Below, one piece after another: positions 17,000-26,507 of a DNA stretch of 39,858 nucleotides. The notes under the pieces are model-generated. The model ran no database searches and had not been told where the DNA came from. It saw only the letters and a program-made list of their open reading frames with translations. Source of the DNA: Rhodoferax sp. (GTDB lineage Bacteria > Pseudomonadota > Gammaproteobacteria > Burkholderiales > Burkholderiaceae_C); contig JALNWC010000001.1 of the NCBI GenBank assembly GCA_023231075.1, positions 1 through 39,858 of the forward strand, read 5' to 3'. Both the position numbers and the translations under genes were made by a program. How positions within the stretch are numbered: the first letter of the stretch is position 1; each line of letters begins with the position of its first letter.

Positions 17000-17608
17000 T
17001 TACGGCCCAATGAGCGTTTGCTGCTCAGGTGCCACCAGGCTGATGCGCAGCGGGTCGTTGTTGGGCGACAGCAGCACAGCGTCTGCCGGTATCAGGCCGA
17101 CTTCTTGCAGTGCCCGGAAGGTGAACGGGTTGCTCATGGCGTTGTGCAGCTTGGCTGGTGACGGCCTGCCGTTGGCGATAATTTCGGCCTGGATCTCGCG
17201 CCCGACCACGGCGGTGAACTCGTTGGCGGCGTTGGCCTCGAACATCTGTTCGTCGGTGTAGCCCGGGATGCGCGTCGGTTCGGCAATATCAGAGTACTCT
17301 TTCAGCAAGCGCTCAAGACAGGCGATCTCTTCCTCATTCTGACGGAATGACTCCTCCTGCACGGTGTGAAACGATTCCAACTCCAGGATTTCGGCTGTTA
17401 GGTTGAGGATCAAACAGGGCCGTGCGTCGTTGTTTTTCAGGTCTTGCAGCTCTGCAAGTTTCGCTTGATACTTGAGTGCTGCCACCTGTTCCAGCACCGC
17501 TGCGCGCTTGCGGCCCCCGAGAAACTCCTGCAGCGTCTTGATCTTGGCCCAGACAGTTTCGCCGAGGACCTGGTAACGGTAGTTGAATTCTGAATTGAGT
17601 CTTGCCAT
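17000..17608 (-). CDS. helical protein coupled to the repeat tail protein (possible chaperone)
   Basis: 202 aa, starts 2 nt after the repeat-protein stop, coiled-coil-rich. Confidence 0.65.
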   Translation of the reverse strand: MARLNSEFNYRYQVLGETVWAKIKTLQEFLGGRKRAAVLEQVAALKYQAKLAELQDLKNNDARPCLILNLTAEILELESFHTVQEESFRQNEEEIACLERLLKEYSDIAEPTRIPGYTDEQMFEANAANEFTAVVGREIQAEIIANGRPSPAKLHNAMSNPFTFRALQEVGLIPADAVLLSPNNDPLRISLVAPEQQTLIGP

Positions 17609-17610
17609 GT

Positions 17611-19191
17611 TTATGCTCCGATGCTCGCAGCGGCCAGCAGGCTCCGTGCGGTGCCGACACCGGTTGTGTCAGCTGCGACAACACCGGTATTGGAGACCAG
17701 GTTGGTCATTGATACTGCGTTGGTGCCGTCGCCCGTAGCGCCATAGCCGAATATGGCTTTGCCGGTGCCGATGCTCGCCGCAGCGATGCCATGTCTGGCG
17801 GTGCCAACGCCGGTTGTGTCGGCTACAACAACACCGGTATTGGAGACCAGGTTGGTCATTGATACTGCGCTGGTGCCGCCCGTAGTGCCATAGCCGAATA
17901 TGGCTTTGTCGGTGCCGTAGCCTGCTGCGGCGAGGTTGTACCGTGCGGTGCCGACACCGGTTGTGTCAGCTGCGACAACGCCGGTATTGGAGACCAGGTT
18001 GGTCATCGATACATTGATGTAGACATCATCGTTGTAGCCATAGCCGAATATGGCTTTGTCAGCGCCGTAGCCTGCAGCGGCCAGCTGGCGCCGTGCAGTG
18101 CCAACGCCGGTTGTGTCGGCTGCAACAACACCGGTATTGGAGACCAGGTTGGTCGTGGATGTGAAGCTACCGTAGCCGAATATGGCTTTGTCGGTGCCGT
18201 AGCCTGCAGCGGCGCGGTAAATCCTTACCGATCCAACGCCGGTTGTGTCAGCTGCAACAACACCGGTATTGGAGACCAGGTTGGTCGTAGACATCTGGCC
18301 GTTCGTGGCGTTGTATCCGTAGCCAAATATAGCGCGGCCAACGCCGTAGCCTGCTGCGGCCAGACCATACCTTATTGAGCCGACCCCAGTTGTGTCAGCC
18401 ACAACAACGCCCGCGCTAGAGACGAGGTTGGTCGTCGATACAGCATTGGTGCCGCCCGTGGTGCCATAGCCGAATATGGCATAAGCAGCCCTAATCCCGA
18501 ACGCATTTAATTTCCGGCCGATCAGGTAGACCTTGAGCCCGGCCCCGGCGAACGTGGAGCCGACGGTGTCAACGTCGACTGACACCTCCGCGTCGTCGCT
18601 CAGCTCTGGGTCGCTAATAACCACGGCCGCGGTGGCCGTGGTGCTGGTCTTCTCCGAGTCGTCAATCGTCAGCTTGGTGGACAGGATCGAAGTTCCGGCT
18701 TCGTTGATGTCGACGGTCAGCAATGAGCCTGTTGGCGCTGCGTTCACGCTGGCTCGCACCGCCGTGAGCGTCATTGCGAACGGCGTCCTGACTGTCATTT
18801 TTCCCGCACCCGTCGTCAACGCCGTCGTCTCATCAGATACAACTAGCGTGATCACACTCTCGACTGCCGCGGCGACTTGCACCGCGGGCATAGAGATGAA
18901 CACCTGCTTGGTGCCCGCCTCAAAGCTCACCGCCTCATCGCTGCTACTGCTACTGGTGACGGTGGTGCGCGTCAGGGTATTGGCTGCACTGTAGGTGCCC
19001 AGGCCGCACTCCCATTCGCCCGTGGGCGTGCCACCCGCATCCACCGCCTGAATGGCATAGTACAGTGTGTCACCCACGGCGCAACGCGCGCTGAACGCAC
19101 TGAAACCCGTCATGGCCCCAGCCAGCGTGATGTCGCCCGTGCCAGTGCTGGTGCTGGTTTCCTTGACCCGGTCGGCAATGATGAACGTCAT
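17611..19191 (-). CDS. tail fibre / receptor-binding-like protein with six Kelch-like C-terminal repeats
   Basis: Anchor-like N-terminus IADRVKETSTSTGTG. Six ~44-50 aa units AIFGYG-x(n)-TNLVSNTGVVAADTTGVGTARxxLAAA. Confidence 0.75.
   Translation of the reverse strand: MTFIIADRVKETSTSTGTGDITLAGAMTGFSAFSARCAVGDTLYYAIQAVDAGGTPTGEWECGLGTYSAANTLTRTTVTSSSSSDEAVSFEAGTKQVFISMPAVQVAAAVESVITLVVSDETTALTTGAGKMTVRTPFAMTLTAVRASVNAAPTGSLLTVDINEAGTSILSTKLTIDDSEKTSTTATAAVVISDPELSDDAEVSVDVDTVGSTFAGAGLKVYLIGRKLNAFGIRAAYAIFGYGTTGGTNAVSTTNLVSSAGVVVADTTGVGSIRYGLAAAGYGVGRAIFGYGYNATNGQMSTTNLVSNTGVVAADTTGVGSVRIYRAAAGYGTDKAIFGYGSFTSTTNLVSNTGVVAADTTGVGTARRQLAAAGYGADKAIFGYGYNDDVYINVSMTNLVSNTGVVAADTTGVGTARYNLAAAGYGTDKAIFGYGTTGGTSAVSMTNLVSNTGVVVADTTGVGTARHGIAAASIGTGKAIFGYGATGDGTNAVSMTNLVSNTGVVAADTTGVGTARSLLAAASIGA
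17614..18480 (-). repeat. six tandem coding repeats of ~130-150 bp
   Basis: CCGGTATTGGAGACCAGGTTGGTC occurs five times, plus one diverged copy. Confidence 0.9.
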
Positions 19192-19200
19192 GGCGCCCCC

Positions 19201-19593
19201 TTAGTCGATGGTCACGCTGACCACCTCGACCGGTCCGGCGGCCACCACGGTCAACGTGTTCAGCACCACCTTGCCGATCACCGCCACACCGCCCGCCTGC
19301 GCCGGCAGGCTCAAGTGCACCAGCCCGGCGCTGTCGCAAAACTCGCCATAGGCGGCTGTTCCCGATGCGTCGGCGCTCTCGTCGCGCCCGTTCGGGGTAA
19401 TGGTGAGCAGGCCGGTGGCGCCATTTACCGTTCCGCACGGGTCGGTCAGTGGAATCTTCGCTAGCAGCACATCGGCTGCATCGCGGATATTGATGGACCC
19501 GGCGGCTACGCCCGCATCAAGCAGGTCGCGAAAAGATGTATTGCTGGCCACTTTGGCGGCTACGCTGTAGGTTTGAACACTAGGTGCGGGCAT
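19201..19593 (-). CDS. tail structural protein, hypothetical
   Basis: 130 aa, AGGAG SD, beta-rich (DESADASGTAAYGEF). Confidence 0.65.
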   Translation of the reverse strand: MPAPSVQTYSVAAKVASNTSFRDLLDAGVAAGSINIRDAADVLLAKIPLTDPCGTVNGATGLLTITPNGRDESADASGTAAYGEFCDSAGLVHLSLPAQAGGVAVIGKVVLNTLTVVAAGPVEVVSVTID

Positions 19594-19613
19594 GTATATA
19601 TACTCCTAAAAAA

Positions 19614-19964
19614 TTAACTCAATTTGCGAACCACCAACAGGTTCAGCGTCGACTCGGCATCGCCCGGTGTGTAGACCTCGGGCGCCACCACAAAAAATCC
19701 CTTCGGCGTCGCCAGGTGCAGCTGCGTGTACAGCATCAACAGCCTCTCGATGGCGGCTTCGTCCTGGGCGCTTTGCGGTTCCCAGGCCAGCTTCACCGTG
19801 CGGTCGCTCTCGGAAAATCCAAAATCGTTGAACACGCTGCCTCCGTCCAGCGTAGCTACCCGGTTCATGCGTCGGCGGCTCTCGCCAAATGTTTGCCTTG
19901 GCACGGTGTTGATGGCGACCACGCCAACCGGGTCAAAGGTGATGGCTGATAAAACGATTCTCAT
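19614..19964 (-). CDS. distal tail (Dit-like) protein
   Basis: Directly after the tape measure gene. RRMNRVATLDGG...DFGFSESDRT. Confidence 0.6.
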   Translation of the reverse strand: MRIVLSAITFDPVGVVAINTVPRQTFGESRRRMNRVATLDGGSVFNDFGFSESDRTVKLAWEPQSAQDEAAIERLLMLYTQLHLATPKGFFVVAPEVYTPGDAESTLNLLVVRKLS

Positions 19965-19966
19965 GG

Positions 19967-22762
19967 CTACACCCCAAGCAACAGTTTCAGGCCGTCCCTG
20001 TTCACCTTGACCTGCACCGCCTTCAGCACCTCCCACATGAAGGCCTCAAGGTGCGGCGCCAGGCCGGAGCCGTCGATCTTGATCAGGCTGTCGCCATTTA
20101 CCAGTGCGTTTGTTTGTGCCTGCATCATATCTATTTGCGCATCCGTCAATCTCTTTTGCAGGTCAAAAGCATCCTGTCGTAATTTGTTTTCGATGTCGAT
20201 TTGATCTTGAATTTTCCACTGCTGGCTGAAGCCCATGGAATCAAAGTCTTTGAACTGGCCAAACAAGCCGCCGAGCACATCCCCGGTGCTGGTGATGGTG
20301 TTGCTGATGCCCTCGATCAGTGCTGTGGCAATCTTGGTGTTGGCTTCCAAGTTGGCAATGTTCAGGCTGACATTGGCTTCGATGTTCTTGATGCGCTCAT
20401 TGCTGGCCAGCGCGGCAAGCTTCACCTCGGCATCCTTGGTCAGCTTGGCCAGCTCAAGCAGGTCCTTGTTCGTCAGGTCGGTTTTTTTGCCCAGCTCTTC
20501 CATGACACCGGCGCTGGTCTTGAGCCGGTCATTGTTGGCAGCCACCACCGGGTACAGCTGCTCATAGGCCGTCTTGATGGTATTGCTGGCGTCGGCCGTG
20601 TGGCCTGCCCAGGTGGCGGTGTCTTTGTAGGTGGCGGCCAGCTCATTGAGCGCGGTTTTATTTTCAAGCGTTGGGTCTTTCAGCGTTTTTTGCGCCTGCG
20701 CCAGAAACTCTGTTTTCAGCCGTGCCTCGCCGGCGGCAATGCCGGCGGTCACCAGGGCGTCGTTGTAGGGCGTGATGAATTTGCTGGTGTCGGTAGCTGC
20801 GCTGCGCAGCTCCATCACCTCGTCGCGCAGGCGCTTGGTTGGGTCTGCGGCATCGCTGGCGGCATCGCCAATTTTTTTCAGTCCGTCGGCACCTACCGGG
20901 GCCGCTTTGGCTAATTCGTCGGTGTCGTGCGTCAGGTCATAAATCAGCCCACCCAGGCTGCCCGATCCGGTCAGGCTTTTCACGGCAGTGTTGATGGCGG
21001 TGTTAAGCACCGTGCCCACGGCATATCCGGCAGCACCTGTCGCACCCAACAGCACGCCCGGCCCCAGCGCGGTAGCCAATGCCGCGGCAGCAGTGCCAGC
21101 CACACCAGCAGCGGTGCTCATGCTGCCCATGCCGGTCACGGTTTTCAGCAAGCTTGCACCGGCCAATAATTCCAACCCGCTGCCCACCGAGCCAATGGCG
21201 CTGCCCAGGGCGCCCAGGCCGGGCAGCAGCACGTTCAGCACATCGCCCAGGCCCAACAGCTTGCCGCTGGCCGTTGCCGACTCCTGGCTCATGTCGCTAA
21301 AAATCTTGACCAGCGGCAATGCTTTTTCAATCAAATTGGCCCACACCTGAGCAATGCCGGCGCCCTGGTTGAGCAAGTTGGCAATGCTGTCAACCACCAG
21401 CTGGATGGCGTCGGCCAGGCCCTCAGGGGTGCTCAAGTCCACGCCGTCAAACATGCCGCCCAGGCTGTCGGCCAGGTTCACCAGCGCGGCATTGAACTTG
21501 GAAAAGTCAACCTGTTCCAGCGCGGCCGGCAGGTTTTTGGCAATGCCGGCCATGAAGTCACTCAGGCGCGTGGCCAGGCCCTGCAGGGTGTCGAACACGC
21601 TGTCGAAAGCACCCGCGTCGATGCTAAAGCGCACGTTCTTCAAGATGTCGGTCATGCTCTTGAGTAGTCCGGCAAATTCTCCATTCTCATTGAGCTTGGT
21701 GCCCACTGAAACCATGAACAAGTCGAAGTTTGTCGTCATGTTTTTCAGCTGCGCATCCCAGTTCTGCGCCAGCACCTGGAACGCCTTGTCGGTAGAGCCC
21801 GCGCTATTGGCCATGGCGTCAAGCGCCTTGGCATACACACCGGCTTTGTCGGCGCCTAGCGCGGTGGCGGTCTTCAGGCCCTCCATGCTGCCAAACAGCT
21901 TGGCCATCACTTCAACATTGCCACCGGTGGTGGTGTACACCTCTTTCAGCACGCCGTCAAAACCCTTGCTGGCCAGGGCGGTAGCGTCAAACTTCAGGCC
22001 CAGCCCGGCGGCGGTTTCTTGCGCATCCTTGGTCGGTTTGATGATGTTGCTGATCGCCGCCTGAATGCCCGTCATGGCTTGGCTGGTGGGCACACCGGCG
22101 GCAGTCAGGGCGGCCACGGCGGCGTTCACGTCGGCAAAGCTGATGCCGGCGGCCGCGGCGGTGCTGGTCACCATGGCCAGGCTTTGGGCCAGCTCGGGCA
22201 GCGTGGTCTGGCCCAGCAGCACGGTCTGCATCAAAATGTCGCTGTAATGGCCGGCCTCGTCAGCGGCCGCGCCATAGGCGTTCATGCTGCCAATCAGCAC
22301 ATTGGTGCTGCTGGTCAGGTCACCTTGGCCTGCCACCGCCAGCTTTTCCGAGGTGCTGACAAAGCCCACCGCGTCGCTCCAGGCCACCCCGGCCGATACG
22401 GCGGTGTACAGCGCGCCGGTGATGTCGTCCAACCCCTTGGTGGAGTCGCTGGCAAAGTCAACCACGCCGTCGCGGAAAGTCTTCACCTGCTCGGTGGTGC
22501 CGCCAAACAGCGTGCCCACTTCGGCAATCTTGCCGTTGAACTGCCCGGCGGCGTTCAGCGCCGCGCCACCAAACGCCAGCCCCAGCGCCACAATGGCGGT
22601 GTCGGTCAGCTTGACGGCATCGGCCATCTTGTTGAGCGGGCTGATGGCGCTTTGCGCCTGGTCGGCAAAGTTGCTGATGCCCGCACCCACGCTCGACAAC
22701 CCGCTGCCGGTGTTGTCCACCACGCCAAAAATGATCTCTACCGCTTTGGTGATGTCAGCCAC
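19967..22762 (-). CDS. tail tape measure protein
   Basis: 931 aa, Ala/Gly-rich and helical, with TP901-type core (ALYTAVSAG, GQTTLPELAQSL). Confidence 0.92.
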   Translation of the reverse strand: MADITKAVEIIFGVVDNTGSGLSSVGAGISNFADQAQSAISPLNKMADAVKLTDTAIVALGLAFGGAALNAAGQFNGKIAEVGTLFGGTTEQVKTFRDGVVDFASDSTKGLDDITGALYTAVSAGVAWSDAVGFVSTSEKLAVAGQGDLTSSTNVLIGSMNAYGAAADEAGHYSDILMQTVLLGQTTLPELAQSLAMVTSTAAAAGISFADVNAAVAALTAAGVPTSQAMTGIQAAISNIIKPTKDAQETAAGLGLKFDATALASKGFDGVLKEVYTTTGGNVEVMAKLFGSMEGLKTATALGADKAGVYAKALDAMANSAGSTDKAFQVLAQNWDAQLKNMTTNFDLFMVSVGTKLNENGEFAGLLKSMTDILKNVRFSIDAGAFDSVFDTLQGLATRLSDFMAGIAKNLPAALEQVDFSKFNAALVNLADSLGGMFDGVDLSTPEGLADAIQLVVDSIANLLNQGAGIAQVWANLIEKALPLVKIFSDMSQESATASGKLLGLGDVLNVLLPGLGALGSAIGSVGSGLELLAGASLLKTVTGMGSMSTAAGVAGTAAAALATALGPGVLLGATGAAGYAVGTVLNTAINTAVKSLTGSGSLGGLIYDLTHDTDELAKAAPVGADGLKKIGDAASDAADPTKRLRDEVMELRSAATDTSKFITPYNDALVTAGIAAGEARLKTEFLAQAQKTLKDPTLENKTALNELAATYKDTATWAGHTADASNTIKTAYEQLYPVVAANNDRLKTSAGVMEELGKKTDLTNKDLLELAKLTKDAEVKLAALASNERIKNIEANVSLNIANLEANTKIATALIEGISNTITSTGDVLGGLFGQFKDFDSMGFSQQWKIQDQIDIENKLRQDAFDLQKRLTDAQIDMMQAQTNALVNGDSLIKIDGSGLAPHLEAFMWEVLKAVQVKVNRDGLKLLLGV

Positions 22763-22769
22763 GTGTCAA

Positions 22770-22953
22770 TCAGCTAAGTAGCTGCTCCTTTTGCTCGTAC
22801 CACAGGCTCCACACGGCCAGCTCGTCAGGGGTCAAAAACCCCTGCGGAAAAAGATCAGGCCGGTGCTGGTATAAAAACCCTCCCCGCATCTCGCACAGCT
22901 GGAGCGAGGGCACCAGGCCTACGCCGGCTGCGAAGAGGGCGGCGGCTTTACCC
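22770..22953 (-). CDS. gpT-like extension of the tail assembly chaperone, reached by a -1 frameshift
   Basis: G GTA AAG near the end of the chaperone. The -1 frame is open (KAAALFAAG...FLYQHRPDLFPQGFLTPDELAVWSLWYEQK) until 7 nt before the TMP start. Confidence 0.7.
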
Positions 22954-23371
22954 GGCTGCCCCCCTGGCCGGTGAGCAGTGTGATCTTGTTCGTGATGTCA
23001 TAAAATTCGATCGGGCACACCTCGGCCAGCTTGGCCGCCGCGGCATGGGTCAGCTTCGGCGCCACGCAGCCCTGCACCAGCATCTCCATACGCTTGGCAA
23101 TCTCGCCCGGCACGTCGGCATTCATGCCCAGCGCCTTGCGGATCTGCGCCACCTGGTCCTTCTGCGAACTGATGGCCTTGATCACCGTGTCGATGCCGTT
23201 CTGGCGCGTGCCCACCTCGATGGCGCGCTGCAGCTCGCTGGCGCTCAGGCCCCGCACCGTGAACACGGGCGGCGTGCCCTCGGCAAAAAACTCGGCCAGC
23301 TGCGGCACCGTCACACTCTCGGTGCGGGCGGTGAACTCGGCGGCCGTGAAGGCCTCGGCGTTAAAGCTCAT
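22919..23371 (-). CDS. tail assembly chaperone (gpG-like)
   Basis: Between tube and TMP genes. TGATG overlap with the tube gene, start MSFNAEAF. Confidence 0.75.
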   Translation of the reverse strand: MSFNAEAFTAAEFTARTESVTVPQLAEFFAEGTPPVFTVRGLSASELQRAIEVGTRQNGIDTVIKAISSQKDQVAQIRKALGMNADVPGEIAKRMEMLVQGCVAPKLTHAAAAKLAEVCPIEFYDITNKITLLTGQGGSRVKPPPSSQPA

Positions 23372-24348
23372 CAAGCCACCTCGGTGGCGGTCTTGGTCGC
23401 GCTGATGGTGCACGCCGCCTTGATGGTGTCACCGGCCGGGAAGGTGCGCGCAATGCCCAGCTTGCCCTGCGTCAGCAGGTAGGGGCTCTTGTAGCGGTCC
23501 GGGTAAAAGCGGAACCACAGCAGCGCGTCTTTGCTCGCCACCAGACCGTCGGTCACACCGTCTTCCAGGTAAGCTGTAAATCCGCCCTGCCCCAGGCTCT
23601 TGCTGGTGCTGCCCAGCGTGGTGCCGTAGATTTGTGTGCTGGTCACGCTGTGGCTGGTCTCGGGCGCGGTGAAGTCGCTGGCAAGTGATACCTCGGCAAA
23701 AATCGGCGCGGCATAGCTGGCATACACGCCCTTGGCCACGTTGCCGGTGTGAATGGCGGGCAGCGCGCTCAAAAACGTCACTTTGCCCAGGTCGTAGTTC
23801 ACGTTGTACAGCGGGTAATTGGCCCACTCGCTGTGCGTGCCCACCACGGCAAACACCTGGTCGGTGGTGATGGCGGCGGCGGCGCTGGTGACCAGGCGGA
23901 TCTGGCCAATCTCGATACTGCCCACCGGGATTAGCGGCGGGCCGCCTGCAGTGCCGCGCACCTCGCTGAAGGCGGCGCTCAAACTGTCAGTGCCAGCCAC
24001 CACGGCCACAGCCCCGGCGCTGGTTACCGTCACCGAAGACACCTTGGCCACATTGGTGGCCGGGCGCGTGATGGCCACGGCGGCTTGTGCGCCCACACTG
24101 GTCACCACGCCGGCCAGGTTGCAGGTGAGCGCGGCCACGTTCACGGCGTTGTTGGTGGCGTCTGGCGTGATCACACCGCCCGTCAGCAGGCCATTGGGCC
24201 GCACCACCGGGGCGGCGCCGGTCTTGCCAGACCACAGGCTGGCGGCGCTGTTGAAAATGGTTTTGTCGCCCGAATCTGTCAGCGCGCTCATGGCGGTGGC
24301 GGCCTGGCCGGCTTCGTATTCAAGCTTGGCGTTTTCTGCGGTGGACAT
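23371..24348 (-). CDS. major tail tube protein
   Basis: 325 aa, between tail terminator and chaperone, beta-rich. Confidence 0.7.
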   Translation of the reverse strand: MSTAENAKLEYEAGQAATAMSALTDSGDKTIFNSAASLWSGKTGAAPVVRPNGLLTGGVITPDATNNAVNVAALTCNLAGVVTSVGAQAAVAITRPATNVAKVSSVTVTSAGAVAVVAGTDSLSAAFSEVRGTAGGPPLIPVGSIEIGQIRLVTSAAAAITTDQVFAVVGTHSEWANYPLYNVNYDLGKVTFLSALPAIHTGNVAKGVYASYAAPIFAEVSLASDFTAPETSHSVTSTQIYGTTLGSTSKSLGQGGFTAYLEDGVTDGLVASKDALLWFRFYPDRYKSPYLLTQGKLGIARTFPAGDTIKAACTISATKTATEVA

Positions 24349-24373
24349 GGTGTTGCTCTTTCAAAAAAATGGT

Positions 24374-24820
24374 TTACAAGGGGGCGCCAGGGCTGCCCTG
24401 CGCGGTGGTGTAGGTGATGGCAAAACGCTGCTGGCCAATGGTGATGGGCAGGTCGCCGGCCACACTCAGGTCGGGCCGGTAGCCTGCCGGGGCAATGTCT
24501 TTCACCCCGGCAATCACCAGGCTGGCCAGCACGGTTTCTACCTGCGCCAGCAAGCTGTCGCGGGTGGTGGCATAGTTGCTGGCCTGCTGCACCTCGGCCG
24601 TAACGGCCAGGCTTAGCGTGCGGTCAATGCGGCGGGCGGACCGGCCCGCGTGGTAGTTGTTGACCACGGCCTGGTCTTCTCCCGCGTCTTCCACACACAA
24701 CGCTGGGAAGGCGGTGCGCGGGTCGTACACGGTGTCATACACGCGCGTTCCCGCCAAGGTTCCGGCTGCTTTGAGTGCGGCCACCACGGCGTCGCGGATG
24801 ACCTGGCGTGCGTGGCTCAT
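24374..24820 (-). CDS. tail terminator/completion protein
   Basis: MSHARQVIRDAVVAALK...RVY...FPALCV pattern, and gene position. Confidence 0.7.
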   Translation of the reverse strand: MSHARQVIRDAVVAALKAAGTLAGTRVYDTVYDPRTAFPALCVEDAGEDQAVVNNYHAGRSARRIDRTLSLAVTAEVQQASNYATTRDSLLAQVETVLASLVIAGVKDIAPAGYRPDLSVAGDLPITIGQQRFAITYTTAQGSPGAPL

Positions 24821-25095
24821 GCGGTGCGCTCCAGCAGCAACAGGCTGATGCCGGTGCCGTCAGGCTGCACGCTGCGCACCCGGTAGGTTTTGCCACCATG
24901 CACCAGCACGCTGGCGGTGGTGGTGCTGCTGCAGTCAGCGCTGGCCAGGGTAAAGGCACTGGCAGTGGCCGCCATGCCGTCAAAGGCCTGGGTGTAAGCG
25001 CCGTCAAACAGGCCGTGCACCACCGCGCCGTCAAGCGTGGCGGTTTCGGCAAATTCGGCGATGTTCATGAACACGCTCAGGTCTTCGGCAAACAT
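24817..25095 (-). CDS. head-tail joining protein (gpFII-like)
   Basis: EFAETATLDG...YRVRSVQPDGTGISLLLL, directly after the capsid gene. Confidence 0.75.
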   Translation of the reverse strand: MFAEDLSVFMNIAEFAETATLDGAVVHGLFDGAYTQAFDGMAATASAFTLASADCSSTTTASVLVHGGKTYRVRSVQPDGTGISLLLLERTA

Positions 25096-25108
25096 GGCAT
25101 CACGGCGC

Positions 25109-26047
25109 TCAGGCCACGGCGGACTTGATGAGGTAGCCGCTGTCGGCGCTGGTCAGCACCACCTGGCTGGCATCGCTCACTGGGTACATGAACGAGTTTT
25201 TGGCGCGGTCAAGGTAGGCCTCTTCCACTACCGGGCGGCCGGTCAGCTGGTAGGTGTAGCCAAAGTTCTGGCTGCCCATTTCCTGCAGGCTCTTGGGCGT
25301 CACGTAGGCCAGCACCGCGTCATTGCCCCACACGTCGCTGAACGTGCCGGCGGTGTCGGTGATGGCCTGGCCCTCCACGATGCGGTCAATCTCAAACAGC
25401 GCCTGCAGCTGCGCCACGGTGGCGGGTGTGCGGTCGGTGCTGGTGCTGAGCTTGTCCAGCACATTGGGGTGGATGCGCAGCGCGGACAGCACGGCGGGGC
25501 CAAGCACCATCACATTGGGGCGGCGGCCAATTTTCTTGCGCACCGCCTCTTTGGCCGCCTCGATGTTGATAAACGGCACGCTGGTGGATGCCGTCCACAA
25601 GTTGGCACCTGCTAGAGTGACTGTGTTGCCTACAGCATAGGCGCCCGCGGCCCGGGCTAATGCCGCAGCGTTTACCTCGCGCTCCAGGCTCATCTTGTTT
25701 TGCACCACGGTGATGGTGGCACTGGCCAGGTCGATGCCGGGCACCACCGATGCCTCATCCATGATCTCGAGAGGCACCTTGCCCATCAGGCGGTTGTCCA
25801 CCAGGCTGTAAGTGCCATTGCCGTAACCGATGTCGATGGACTTGGTGTCTGCACCAGGCGCGCGGCGCGTGTCAATCACCTGAAACTGCTCGCGCCCGAA
25901 GGTGATGATGGTGCCACCGCGCTGGGCGACGGGCACCACCGGAAACAGCACATCAGACACCAGTGGGAACTGGCTTTCGTAACCGCGTGCCACGGCGGTC
26001 AGGATCGGGTCGATCACCCGGGCTTGGTTGGGAGAGAGTTGAGACAT
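25109..26047 (-). CDS. major capsid protein
   Basis: 312 aa, IDPILTAVARGY...LFPVVPV...IGRRPNVMVLG. Follows the protease and decoration genes. Confidence 0.85.
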   Translation of the reverse strand: MSQLSPNQARVIDPILTAVARGYESQFPLVSDVLFPVVPVAQRGGTIITFGREQFQVIDTRRAPGADTKSIDIGYGNGTYSLVDNRLMGKVPLEIMDEASVVPGIDLASATITVVQNKMSLEREVNAAALARAAGAYAVGNTVTLAGANLWTASTSVPFINIEAAKEAVRKKIGRRPNVMVLGPAVLSALRIHPNVLDKLSTSTDRTPATVAQLQALFEIDRIVEGQAITDTAGTFSDVWGNDAVLAYVTPKSLQEMGSQNFGYTYQLTGRPVVEEAYLDRAKNSFMYPVSDASQVVLTSADSGYLIKSAVA

Positions 26048-26092
26048 TGAAGTGCTCCAGTAATTTAAATAGGTAAGGCTGGGCCGTCAGGC

Positions 26093-26464
26093 TCAGACGG
26101 CGGTAACCAGCAGGCCGGCAGACGGCACCAGCAGCACCTCAAGCAGGCTGCCGTCACCGGCGGCGGCCTCCAGCGCGCGGCCCACGGCGTGTTTGTCGCC
26201 GTCGTTGTCGTGGGTGATCACCTTGCCGTCGGCACCCACCATCAGGGTGGCACCGGCGGTAATGGCGGCGCCGGCTTCAAGAATGGCGGTTCCAAGCACG
26301 TCAACCGGCAGCGCGTCGCCAATGGCGCCGTTTGAGCGGGTAACACCCAGCGCCAGGCCTGCGGCGGCGGGGTAAGCCCCGGCCAGGGTGATGCAGCGGT
26401 TGGCCACCACAGCGGCGGTGGCGATGACGGTGAGCGTCATCATGGAAATGTTGGCTTTGGACAT
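26093..26464 (-). CDS. capsid decoration/cement protein (DUF2190-like)
   Basis: Ala/Gly-rich 123 aa with VGRALEAAAGDG, between protease and capsid. Confidence 0.75.
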   Translation of the reverse strand: MSKANISMMTLTVIATAAVVANRCITLAGAYPAAAGLALGVTRSNGAIGDALPVDVLGTAILEAGAAITAGATLMVGADGKVITHDNDGDKHAVGRALEAAAGDGSLLEVLLVPSAGLLVTAV

Positions 26465-26507
26465 GATGTTTTCCAGGTGTTAAGTGTTTACGGGCGGGAT
26501 TTGCGGT

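Noticed and set aside
17614-18480. CRISPR array or second DGR VR
   Set aside because: The repeats are in-frame coding units with no similarity to TR, loop lengths vary by indels, and there are no cas genes.
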